Shown here in pieces: positions 41,616 through 50,451 of a DNA stretch of 64,000 bases. This DNA comes from Octopus vulgaris. Taxonomy: Eukaryota. Position numbers and translations under genes: made by a program. The notes below the pieces were generated by a model. It saw only the letters and a program-made list of their open reading frames with translations. It was not told the origin of the DNA and ran no database searches. The first letter of the stretch is position 1. Each line of letters opens with the position of its first letter. Location: positions 26,722,001-26,786,000 of the forward strand of contig OX597816.1 in NCBI GenBank assembly GCA_951406725.2. The letters are read 5' to 3'.

Positions 41616-42192
41616 TATATCATTTAATGTATGCAGTATATTTTGGGTTGCCGTTTTTTAAAATTTTAATTTTTTAAAAGGTTTAATTAAAAATAACTAC
41701 TAATTAATCAATAATATATTCACACTTGTTGTTTGCAAATTCTTCCCAACTCAACAAGATTTTCAATACCTCATTAGTAGAAATCACCGAATTTCGATTT
41801 TTTTTTTTTTGTTTAAAAGCCTGGTACTTATTCTATCGGTCTGTTTTGCCAAACCACTAAGTTATGTAAACACACCAGCACTGGTTGTCAAATGGTGGTG
41901 GGAAATTCACAGTTACGCTGGGCTGGCCATGTTGTTAGAATACCCAGTTCTCATGTACAGCCAGCTTGATAGTGAGTACAGGAATGTTGGTTGGCTATGG
42001 CTCAGATATATATATATATATATATACGGAGATGTATTCGCATAGCAAGTGATGCTGCACGGATTTTTGTCAGTGAACAGGTCGCGGATTTTAGCGACAA
42101 AAATATTTTGACAAATTAAACTTAAATGTTGAAGTGAATCGAACGGCTTTTGTGTGTTTCTTAAATGGCTTACAAACACCTTCCACATTGCA

Positions 42193-42233
<41 letters not shown>

Positions 42234-43591
42234 TCAGGCTTCTTTCAGTTTCCATCTACCAAATCCACTCACAAGGTTTTGGTCAGCCTGAGGCTAGAGT
42301 AGAAGACACTTGCCCAAGGTGCCATGCAGTGGAACTGAACCCCAAACCATGTAGTTGGGAATCAAGCTTCTTACCACACAGCCACGTTGCACCTAAAATA
42401 TATTTTTATGATTTTTATATTGGTGGTGATGATGATGACGGCATAGCATCTGTAATAGTGGTAGTAATAGTGAGGGCAATGAACATTGGAGGTTATCATG
42501 GTGGTGTTAAATCAGTCGTCAAATTTATTGCAGCTGCTCATTAAAACTGGTATTGTTGATTTTTAGGTATTTTAATGTCTTGTCTGCAACTATATCTTAA
42601 TTCATTCCCTCTTCTTTTTTTCTGTTTTTTTTTTTTAGTTAAAGGAGGATGTCACAGGTCGCTTACCTGTCTATGCACGGCTGATATCTCGAGGTACAGT
42701 TGGTGAAGTACGCTCTGATATCAGCTCCCTGGAGCTATTTGCGGTAAGCTCAAGAATAGATTTCATCCGTCATTGTATCGTTTGTTTTCTTAATTTATCT
42801 TAGCTTTATGATGTTGTTTGCATTGAATATGGTAACACTTACTTATTTTAATTTTTAATTCTGATGACATTGATTAAATTAAAAGCTTTTATTTTAGTTT
42901 GTTGGGTTTATCCCTTCATAGCATTCTATATTTCATTATGCCAGTGCTAGCTGGTTTTCTATGGTATTAAGTGTTTGACAAACAAATCCTGGTTTAGCTG
43001 CCGGTTTGTTACAGATGACTTTTCCCCTTAAGAGGAATCCTCTTAATACTGTATTCCAATGAATCAGTTATCACTTTTACAGTGATGTTGTTTCATAACA
43101 CTCAACTAATGATACCACCCGTGTGAGAGAACCTCTGCATGGCTTCTTAGAATTAGCAGCTAATCTCCCTACAAAACACACTATGTTGTCTTTATAATGG
43201 AAGGTTATTTTGCTGAGTTAGTAGTGCAAAATTTTCAAAATGTATCATATTCTGTTAGAAAGTTACCTTAAATGAAGATTAAATTATATCATCGTTGTCA
43301 TCGTTTAATGTCTATGTTTCATACTGGCTTCGCTTGGACTGTTTGACAGGATCCAATGAATTCAAGGACAGCGCTGTGGTATGGTTTCTATGGTTGGATG
43401 CCCTACCTGATGCCAACCACTTGACAGTATTTACTGGGTGCTTTATTCATGGCACCAGCAGTAGTGAAGTTGCAATGCAACTTGCAAAACTACAAACACT
43501 GAGGGGGGTGGTTATGCTAGCGAATAAGGTCAGAAAAACCATGGTGGTGCTCCAGCATGACCACAGCTGCATGGTTGAAATGAGTAAAAGA

Positions 43592-43631
<40 letters not shown>

Positions 43632-44622
43632 TAAATAAGGGTAGAAATTGATATTAATCAATTAAAACCAGTGGCCTGGCATATTTTTTTTTAAATCCGA
43701 AGATTAAAAATTTTATACATACAAAATTTAGAGGAATGACCACTAATAGTGGACAGCCTGTATGCTAGATATAGACGTCAAACTCGCCATTTACCATGAA
43801 GAATGTTCTCAAGAAAAATTCAGCAAAAGCCAAAGTTTAAAAATAAGACAAATGAAAATATACGAAAATAAAAAATGATTACCTACATACTAATTAGTTT
43901 CACTTGTTAATATTTACGTATATGTAAACGTATATGCAAGATCGTCAGCGTAGTCTGTCGTTTACGAAATACAATTTCTAGAACCAGAAATTGATTGATA
44001 TCAATTTCTACCCTTATTTAATTTTAAATAAAAAAATGTTCTCTAGCTGGTAAATTAACTGGAAAGCGGACGTTAAATGATAATGATGATGATATAGATA
44101 GATAGATAGATACATGTATATACGTACATATATTTATTTATCAATAGATAGTGATTTATTTATTGGTTTTATTGAATTGATCCACATATGAAATGGAGTT
44201 GCTCTTAATTACTATTCTGTAATTATGACATGTCCTCTAGAAACAGAGCTAACTTTAATAAGTCAAGAATTTGTTATATGACATACTTGTCTATGTTCTA
44301 TATACATAACCCATGCTAGCATAGAAAATTGACATAAAATGCTGACAATTATGACACACACTTAAACACGAATACATTCAAGTATATATTACTACCTCTT
44401 AGTCAATGTTGTTTGTTACGATATTATAAATATTTAAATGTTTGAACTTGTAACTGTTTCGTGATTATCCATTTTTAACTCTGATGACTGAGATATTTTT
44501 CACTTCAATACATTCTTGATTTTTTTTGATTTTTACAGGCATCCAACGTAAATGTCGATCCATTTCAAGTGGCTACCAAAGTCCGGAATTTTGTTGCAAA
44601 AATGACCAGTGCTAAAAGTTAA
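6512..44622 (+). CDS. 12-coding-exon gene: ~456-aa predicted type II membrane-anchored GalT/HIT-superfamily protein (uncharacterised)
   Basis: Exons 6512-6706, 8990-9090, 11637-11775, 23349-23452, 24302-24358, 31263-31430, 32349-32479, 34997-35139, 37147-37231, 41423-41481, 42639-42743, 44539-44622. All introns are GT-AG with polypyrimidine tracts, phases match at all 11 junctions, total 1371 nt with no internal stop, ending TAA. GalT-fold motifs occur in order: [28 protein letters not shown]-terminal LELF..DPFQVA..VR. Start codon is uncertain (no in-frame stop between acceptor and ATG). Confidence 0.88.
6961..7379 (+). mobile_element. Merlin-like MITE, copy 2
   Basis: Same TIRs, 8-bp TSD AATTTGTG, internal (TTAGGG)3. 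Confidence 0.82.
8123..8320. mobile_element. hAT (Charlie-like) MITE
   Basis: TIR CAGTGGTTCCCAAAC, 8-bp TSD GGCTAGAT. Confidence 0.85.
8990..9090 (+). CDS. Coding exon 2 (EWFKLHCW...SLSEC)
   Basis: tttcag| acceptor, CAG|GTATGT donor, open frame, phase 0 to 2. Confidence 0.82.
9380..9890 (+). mobile_element. SINE family B with (GAT)n tail and internal tandem cacgtaaaaagcacc units; other copies ~10820, 18880-19330, 25465-26220 (two), 28525-28955, 30080-30826 (two), 32050, 33390-34043 (two), 35895-36212, 46158-46295, 52763-53160
   Basis: Recurrent near-identical ggcgttaggaagggcatccagc...aacccatgctagcatggaaagcggacgttaaac(gat)n; source of many spurious ORFs. Confidence 0.85.
10069..10820. repeat. 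Compound (TA)n/(TATG)n microsatellite with embedded (CAT)n/(GAT)n
   Basis: Direct inspection. Confidence 0.95.
11235..11586. mobile_element. Penelope-like pseudo-LTR remnant, partial tandem plus inverted copy
   Basis: ~110-bp inverted arms (11235-11348 / 11478-11586) around a partial tandem duplication; arrangement typical of PLE termini. Confidence 0.55.
11637..11775 (+). CDS. Coding exon 3 (ELYDRISS...EEAKYQ)
   Basis: ctctctccatcag| acceptor, CAG|GTAAGT donor, phase 2 to 0. Confidence 0.88.
12366..12548 (+). repeat. Left copy of ~183-bp direct repeat (right copy 21206-21389)
   Basis: tatgcact..tatttctaaacttatttatgag...gaggaagt..tttacaata seen twice, roughly 90-95% identical by eye. Confidence 0.9.
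12597..12881. mobile_element. piggyBac-type MITE (second copy 39969-40188)
   Basis: TTAA|CCCTTTC...AAAAGGG|TTAA. Confidence 0.8.
13745..13965. repeat. (GATA)n/(GACA)n/(GA)n microsatellite
   Basis: Direct inspection. Confidence 0.95.
14166..14580 (+). mobile_element. Helitron-like 5' portion (near-identical copy at 17689-~18165)
   Basis: A|TC start, tctcttattataaaa; ~260 bp shared between the copies; no 3' CTAG end adjacent. Confidence 0.6.
14615..14832. repeat. (TACA)n/(CA)n microsatellite
   Basis: Direct inspection. Confidence 0.95.
15256..15510 (+). mobile_element. mariner transposase N-terminal (HTH) fragment
   Basis: [53 protein letters not shown] (WVPHEL motif). Confidence 0.85.
15533..16169 (+). 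mobile_element. Non-autonomous Helitron
   Basis: A|TC ... hairpin CCCGagcaacgcCGGG ... CTAG|T, no TSD. Confidence 0.85.
16595..16851 (-). CDS. ABCA3: Single intact exon of an ABCA-subfamily (ABCA3-like) transporter; end of ECD1 plus TM2
   Basis: Minus strand tttttacag|...AAG|GTAAGT, 257 nt open: (G)[10 protein letters not shown]...[48 protein letters not shown], matching the ABCA GY..GF..LQ / PxPPY..D / EKExRLK signatures. No other ABCA exon recognised in the window. Confidence 0.85.
18184..18452. repeat. Tandem repeat, ~107-bp unit x ~2.6
   Basis: ataagacagtaaggtgtgatttg..gagatttggctgc at ~18184, 18291, 18397. Confidence 0.85.
18811..19738. mobile_element. Inverted Penelope-like terminal-repeat family with hammerhead-like motif, interrupted by SINE B and a Helitron 3' fragment (19343-19486); related copies 42024-42196, 52309-52483
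   Basis: Inverted homology of 18811-18879 with 19610-19675; shared tacagagatgtacttgcatagcaagtga end; gtcgc..gcgacGAAAatat motif. Confidence 0.55.
19841..20235 (+). mobile_element. Non-autonomous Helitron
   Basis: A|TC...hairpin...CTAG|T. Confidence 0.85.
20470..21065 (-). mobile_element. RTE LINE AP-endonuclease fragment
   Basis: [28 protein letters not shown] and IDYIL motifs, frameshifted. Confidence 0.75.
21206..21389 (+). repeat. Right copy of ~183-bp direct repeat
   Basis: See 12366-12548. Confidence 0.9.
22916..23270 (+). mobile_element. tRNA-derived SINE family D (copies 40884-41265 and 51196-51577 on minus)
   Basis: Head ggaggc.caatggcccagtggttaggg...ggtttcgattccc; shared 3' end accgacggagtgc. 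Confidence 0.85.
23349..23452 (+). CDS. Coding exon 4 (HITLSFNE...FNPLRSKRP...QRE)
   Basis: ttttctag| acceptor, |GTGAGT donor, phase 0 to 2; RxxRP motif. Confidence 0.88.
24302..24358 (+). CDS. Coding exon 5 ([18 protein letters not shown])
   Basis: poly-T + ctgcag| acceptor, |GTAAGA donor, phase 2 to 2; CxxC zinc motif. Confidence 0.88.
27454..27803. repeat. Minisatellite, 83-84-bp unit x ~4.2
   Basis: tagttctttttgaaaaaattggtag... starts at 27454, 27538, 27622, 27705, 27788; units nearly identical. Confidence 0.95.
28195..29660 (-). mobile_element. Decayed piggyBac transposase remnant, interrupted by SINE B and a Helitron
   Basis: [54 protein letters not shown] (PGBD C-terminus); acidic N-terminal-like piece at ~29450-29600; catalytic core missing. 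Confidence 0.7.
29045..29441 (-). mobile_element. Non-autonomous Helitron
   Basis: Reverse complement of the 19841-20235 family; inserted between A and T. Confidence 0.85.
31263..31430 (+). CDS. Coding exon 6 (FTAEDLFGR...KVARE)
   Basis: tttttcttctag| acceptor, |GTGAGT donor, phase 2 to 2; overlaps ORF 31156-31434. Confidence 0.9.
32349..32479 (+). CDS. Coding exon 7 containing catalytic histidine triad [11 protein letters not shown]
   Basis: ttacag| acceptor, G|GTAAAT donor, phase 2 to 1; HPHMH at 32437-32451. Confidence 0.9.
32629..32829. mobile_element. hAT (Charlie-like) MITE
   Basis: TIR CAGTG.TTTTCAA, 8-bp TSD GTCTACAC. Confidence 0.85.
34372..34787 (-). mobile_element. tRNA-derived SINE family C with internal (CA)n/(TA)n; copies ~11900-12275, 40409-40791, 48767-49138, 60640-60885
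   Basis: Head taggcgcaggagtggctgtgtggtaag...ggttcagtccc; 3' ccagcatggccacagtcaaatgactgaaacaagtaaaag. Confidence 0.85.
34997..35139 (+). CDS. Coding exon 8 (VIENWRIA...AFANI)
   Basis: tttccttacag| acceptor, |GTGAGT donor, phase 1 to 0. Confidence 0.88.
35166..35604 (+). mobile_element. Merlin-like MITE, copy 3
   Basis: Same TIRs, 8-bp TSD CTCTTCTT; begins 27 nt after the exon 8 donor. Confidence 0.82.
36560..36965 (-). mobile_element. CR1/L2-clade LINE 3' fragment
   Basis: [36 protein letters not shown]. Confidence 0.75.
37147..37231 (+). CDS. Coding exon 9 ([10 protein letters not shown]...YVLR)
   Basis: ttttcatttag| acceptor, AG|GTAAAC donor, phase 0 to 1. Confidence 0.86.
37490..38840 (-). 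mobile_element. RTE-clade LINE, RT domain to 3' end, degraded
   Basis: ORF 37850-38680: [36 protein letters not shown]-like Cys cluster. Confidence 0.9.
38879..39188. repeat. AT-rich inverted repeat, ~120-bp arms (Penelope-like tail-to-tail remnant)
   Basis: ttagagataaaaccactattaggcaactc... / ...gagttgcctaatagtggttttatctctaa, flanked by (TA)n. Confidence 0.8.
41423..41481 (+). CDS. Coding exon 10 ([19 protein letters not shown])
   Basis: ctctttttccag| acceptor, |GTAAGT donor, phase 1 to 0. Confidence 0.86.
42639..42743 (+). CDS. Coding exon 11 ([10 protein letters not shown]...SSLELFA)
   Basis: poly-T ag| acceptor, GCG|GTAAGC donor, phase 0 to 0. Confidence 0.88.
43631..44022. mobile_element. 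Penelope-like remnant with inverted termini, containing a hammerhead motif; related piece at 12890-13065
   Basis: ttaaataagggtagaaattgatat / atatcaatttctacccttatttaa inverted ends next to (TA)n. Confidence 0.6.
43883..43953 (-). ncRNA. Type I hammerhead ribozyme motif
   Basis: CUACG-CUGACGA-u-CUUG..CAAG-u-GAAA-CUAAUUAG-UA-UGUAG: stems I, II and III with full core; U.U at 10.1/11.1 is non-canonical. Confidence 0.65.
44539..44622 (+). CDS. Coding exon 12, terminal ([27 protein letters not shown])
   Basis: ttttacag| acceptor, TAA at 44620-44622, followed by non-repetitive UTR-like sequence. Confidence 0.86.
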   Translation, partial: ASNVNVDPFQVATKVRNFVAKMTSAKS

Positions 44623-45520
44623 CTCTTCATCAGTATTATTGTTGCAATTATTTTTATTTAAATTTTTCCTTCATCATTTCAAAGTGCTCTCTTGATGCTG
44701 CTGTAGCCTTTATATTAGAGCTCTGGTAGTTTCATCATCTTACATCGCATGCTCTAATGGCTACTGTAGCCCATCATTTGGCATTTGAATGATTTCTTGG
44801 TCTCTCTATAGACACACTGCAACGTGTGTTGCTTTGTCACATGGGATTTTCAGCAATGCATTTGGCAATTCCAGTCTTTCAAATCTTTATATTTATAAAC
44901 TCTGTATTGATAAATGATCACTTGCACATTTGTACACTTGGATATCTCCTTATATGCAGATATCAATATAGACATTGATATTAATATCTGAACATTTGCA
45001 TACACTCATTTCATTTTTACACATACTCAAACATACTTCAAAAGGCAAAACACACTTTCAGTGACATACACACACATCACATATTCAAATTTACAAATGA
45101 GACAAAACAACGTTCAGTTTATATTTTAGAGTTTTTTCATCTATTCAAACCTCTGGCCTCCCCAAAAGTATCAAGATTATATATATATATACATACACAT
45201 ATATATATATGTAGACAGGCATACATGTGTATATGTATACATATGCATACATATACATATATGTATACATATGCATATATATATTTGTGTATATATATAT
45301 ATGCATATGTTTATATTTATGTATGTATATTTGTATGTGTCTATATATAGGGATGTTTTTAAATATGTACATATGTGTATGTGTCTGTAATGCATGTTAA
45401 ATATTATGATAAGGATACATACACATGCTTATATACATAATTCATATATGTATACATATACATGTATGTGTATATATATATATATATGTATATATATACG
45501 TACATTTATATATATGTGTG

Positions 45521-45557
<37 letters not shown>

Positions 45558-46289
45558 ATGTATGTGTGTGTTCATTCATACTAAATAATGTATTTGGTAC
45601 TTTAGGTTGTTGAAATATGTGTGTTTCTTACTGATTGGTATACTGAGTGGTAATTCCATTTTAACTATACTGTGTTTTTAAAACTGTAAAGATTGAGACT
45701 GAATTATATATGTAACTCTTTACTAGATGTATGCCAGTCATCAACAAACAAATATATACACACATGCATATGTATATATGTGTGTGTGTGTGTGTAATGC
45801 ACGTTAAATATCATGATGATGAGAATACATACACATGCTTACATATATATATGTATATATATTTCTTTTTTTTTTTATTTTCATAAAGCTTCCCGTTATA
45901 TATATATATATATATATACATACATAAATACATACATACATACATACATATACCAGAGTAAGCAGAAAAATGTGAAACAAGGTGGAAAAAAAAGAGTACT
46001 CAAATACCAGAGTAGAGTAATATGCTTTATTAATAAAACTGCGAAAACAACAAAAACTCAGTTACTCAGTTTCTCATTCTCATTCTGATGAACAGGAATG
46101 TGAAACTCTGAATAACAGTTTTTGTGATGACCTTGCAGCTTTATGTATACATACATAAGGGCATCCAGCTGTAGAAACATTGCCAGATTAGACTGGAGCC
46201 TGGTGCAGCCTTCTGGCTTCCCAGAACCCCGGTCGAACCGTCCAACCCATGCTAGCATGGAGAACGGACGTTAAACGATGATGATGATG

Positions 46290-46349
<60 letters not shown>

Positions 46350-46366
46350 AAATTAGAAAATGGAGA

Positions 46367-46408
<42 letters not shown>

Positions 46409-46425
46409 AAATTAGAAAATGGAGA

Positions 46426-46477
<52 letters not shown>

Positions 46478-47790
46478 CATACTCGTGCATATTTATGACA
46501 ACCATACAGTATTTATTTTTGCAAGGTAAAAATGATTTAATTTATAGTTGAAAAAAACACTGTTCATTCACTGATCACTGTTATTGACTTTGATCTCTTC
46601 CCCTTGTATGTTACTTTAGTTCTGGGTTAGGAGTGGAGTGTAGACATAGTACAGAGTGCTAGACTAAATATGTTATAATATTTAGCTTTATTCTTCTGCA
46701 TTCCATGTTAAACTCCTAAAATGCGTAACTTTGTCCTTGCATCACTTGAGGGTTGAGTAAATATGTACCAGTAATAATATATTGTAGTATGTACTGTCAT
46801 CTGTAGTTTTCTCTTGCAAAAATTAATCTTGCATATTGTCCAAAAATATTGATTTGTTTTGTGGAGGTTTGTGAGTTGTCAAAAATGGCAGTGTTTTGTA
46901 TTTATATGTCTTACAATATCTGTGCTGTTCTAGTTTCTGAGATTTTTAGCTTTGGTAGTTATTTTATCAAACCCTGAGTGTTTAAGGGAACATGTACAAG
47001 TTATGTTCTGAAAATGTTACAATTATCTATCCTCATCTATTTAAAAATTTTCTTCGTTCTGCCAAAGAAATTCAATTTTGTATTTTGAGTAGGAATTGAA
47101 CTCTGTTCAGGGACTAAATTGGCTCAAAAATATATATATATAAACACTATCCTATAATCAAAGTATCATCTCTCAAAGCATTCTAATAATGACTTTCAGT
47201 GAGATAACCTGAAGAGCTGTTCTGACTGTTTCATCTATCATCTCATGTACAAACCTGTATAAAATTTTTTATCAAATCTTACCTCAGCATCACTGGCTGT
47301 TCATCTTAAGCAAACTTTTGATTAGAGAAACCATATTTTTAACATGTTAAACTGGGCTCAAAAATAGAGGAAAGGGAAACTCAAAAAACTAATTTCCGTT
47401 GCTTACTTCTGACAGAAACATCTAGTCGTGTTTTAGTCCACATTTTTAATTAAATTATTAGTTAGTTTAATTATCTACTACTTGTTACACTAATATACAT
47501 CAGTATTATTTATAGAAACATTATAAATGCAAATTTTAACATTGTGAGACCACTTTTACATATCAGGATATTTTCATCATATTATCAACATACCAGACTT
47601 TGAAGAGATTTGGTGGTTATTTTTGCAAGAAGCAGCAATCAAGTAGATATTCTGACACATTATAGCAAGGTAGAGACGCTGATATAATTTCAGTCTCTGG
47701 TTGAACTCACAGCAAACTTGCACTAAACTTACAATGGTAATTCTTTTGAAAGAAGCATGAAAAAAATTCTCTAAAATATAGGATCTTTAT

Positions 47791-48217
47791 CACTTTGATC
47801 ACTTTGACCGACCAGTCCGTCAGGCGTCCATTTGACACCGCTGATCACAGCACGCTGTCCACTCTTCTCTGGATCGCGCCCCTCTCATCCACGTGATCCC
47901 AATCGTCCTCTTGAAATTGTCACTCCACCGTCGTGGAGGTCTTCCGGGTGGTCTTTTCCGCTCATGTGGGTACCACTCGACAACTGCGTGCATCCACCGG
48001 TTATCGGGGAGTCGGGTGACGTGTCCAGCCCATCTATACTTGCAATGTTATATGGTAGCTACCACAAAGAGAGAAGAGCAAAGACTGATAACGGCTCAAA
48101 GAGCCATGGAAAGGTCAATGCTTGGTATCTCGTTGAGAAAGCACATAAATAGCAACATCATCAGAAAGAAGTCCGGCGTGAGAGATGTCATCGCAGAGTA
48201 TACTCGCAGCAAGTATA
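47791..48217 (-). mobile_element. 5'-truncated RTE-like LINE with 5' inversion
   Basis: Minus part SKYRWAGHVTRLPDNRW..EWYP..KRPPGRPPRRW plus (caaagtgat)2 tail; plus part LITAQRAMERSMLGISL..SKY; 11-bp TSD AGGATCTTTAT. Confidence 0.85.
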
Positions 48218-48957
48218 AGGATCTTTATATCTAAAGAAAAGAAAACAAGAAATATATTTTGTCTTTTGGGGCTGAAAAATAATAAAAGTATGACTTGATA
48301 ACAGAGATTAAAGTTGTTCAAAATATTAATACAATGTTTTCCATTGCTGCATTAGAGCAGCAAGCTGGCAGAATTGTTCCCGTGCTGGATGAGATGCTTA
48401 AAGGTATTTCTTTCAACTTTACCTTCTGAGTTCAAATCCTGCTGAGGTTAGCTTTACCTTTCATCCTTTTGGGGTTGATAAAATAAATAAGTGCCAGTTG
48501 AGCACAGGGTTGATGTAATCAACTTAACCTCCTTGAAATTATTGGCCTTGTGCCAAAATTTGAAACCAACACTATAAAATATTTGTAACCAGCCTTTAGT
48601 AAAAAAACGTTGCCGTATCATCATAACATCATCATAACAATGTTCTTTTGTCAAGAGATTACTGAACTAAAATTTACTCTATTTCATATATGATATTAGT
48701 GTTCCTTATTTGAGCATGTGAAAGAAAAGAACCTATTAATATTACTGAAGAAATCTTTCATCACTTACTTGTTTCAGTCATTAGACTGTGGCCATGCTGA
48801 GGAGGCATGCTTTGAAGAATTTTTAGTCGATTGAATTGGCCCCAGAAGTTTTTCTTTTTTGTTTTTTTAAACCTGGTGCTTATCCTATCAATCTCTTTTG
48901 CTGGATCACTAAGTTATGGGGACATAAACACCAACACTGGTTGTCAAGCAGTGTAGG

Positions 48958-49002
<45 letters not shown>

Positions 49003-49135
49003 ACAATCTGCTTTCAGTTTCCATCTGCCAAATCCACTCACAAGGCTTTGGTAGGCCCAAGGTGCCACAGACTAGGACTTAACTTGGAAATATGTGATTG
49101 GGAAGCAAGTTTCTTACCACACAGTCACACCTGCG

Positions 49136-49169
<34 letters not shown>

Positions 49170-49242
49170 GTAGGATAAATTTTTTTTTTTTTCAATGGCC
49201 AGCATATTAAAAAATACCTTTAAAGGTTATATATATATATAT

Positions 49243-49818
49243 ATATATAAAAAAGGAAATGAAGAAAATGCTGACAAAATAATTTAAGTAATTTAATTAG
49301 GTGAAAGTTCTTTTTACCGGTTGCGCATTTGTTATGCTTATCAAAAGATGTTTTTTAAGAGAGATAGAGTTACTTTCTGATAGATTTTTTCCTCTTATCC
49401 AGATAAGAGGAAAAAATCTATCAGAAAGTAACTCTATCTCTCTTAAAAAAACATCTTTGAGATGTGGAACACGAGTTGTGATATATAAAAAGGAAATGAA
49501 GAAAATGCTGACAAAATAATTTAAGTAATTTAATTAGGTGAAAGTTCTTTTTACCGGTTGCGCATTTGTTATGCTTATCAAAAGATGTTTTTTTAAGAGA
49601 GATAGAGTTACTTTCTGATAGATTTTTTCCTCTTATCCAGATAAGAGGAAAAAATCTATCAGAAAGTAACTCTATCTCTCTTAAAAAACATCTTTTGATA
49701 AGCATAACAAATGCGCAACCGGTAAAAAGAACTTTCACCTAATTAAATTACTTAAATTATTTTGTCAGCATTTTCTTCATTTCCTTTTTTATATATCACA
49801 ACTCGTGTTCCACATCTC
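49243..49818. repeat. Near-perfect palindrome (~179-bp arms, 2-nt loop; 49459-49818) preceded by a partial tandem copy; Penelope-like
   Basis: Centres at tcttatc-ca-gataaga (49638-49639 and ~49400); flanked by (TA)n. Confidence 0.9.
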
Positions 49819-49824
49819 CTTTTT

Positions 49825-49869
<45 letters not shown>

Positions 49870-50451
49870 TTTTTATTCCAATATATGTTTCTTTCTCTTT
49901 CTCATTAACAAAAATTTTACTTAGGCTTCGTGTCACAAACTTAAGGGCTGCAAGGGGTTGATGAAATGAGATAATTACACCTCTTCCAAGGGCACTAGCA
50001 ATATAAGTGAAATGAATCAGCTTCAGACAGTAATTAAGATGGCTTAACGGGTTCAGTTTTTCAAAAAGACATCATTATAATCATGCCTATCCTCAGAGCA
50101 ATAGTTGCATGAAATGAAATGAAATGAAATGAAATTGCACTACTGAAGATTGATACCATGTGGCATTCTCAACTTGCTGAAAGATTACCTCATGCTTTAC
50201 AGCACTTACTCTACATGAAGAGTTAATATCAACATATATCAAAGATCATAGTTCATCTCTTTAATACTAGAATTAATTCAACTGACTGCATATCAACTGA
50301 TTTACTTCCCAGTTATTGTACTTCACTTTCATAGCCTTTTGGAAAAACTACAAGGGTCGCACAGTCCCCACCCTCCCATTCCTTAAAAAAATAGTGGCTA
50401 TTAAGTTTGTTATAGTCAGGCTAATTTGCTTTAGTAACTCAATTTATAGTC

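Noticed and set aside
6512-44622. Assigning the symbol GALT
   Set aside because: Lacks HPHxQ, has an N-terminal anchor and only motif-level resemblance; orthology is not supported
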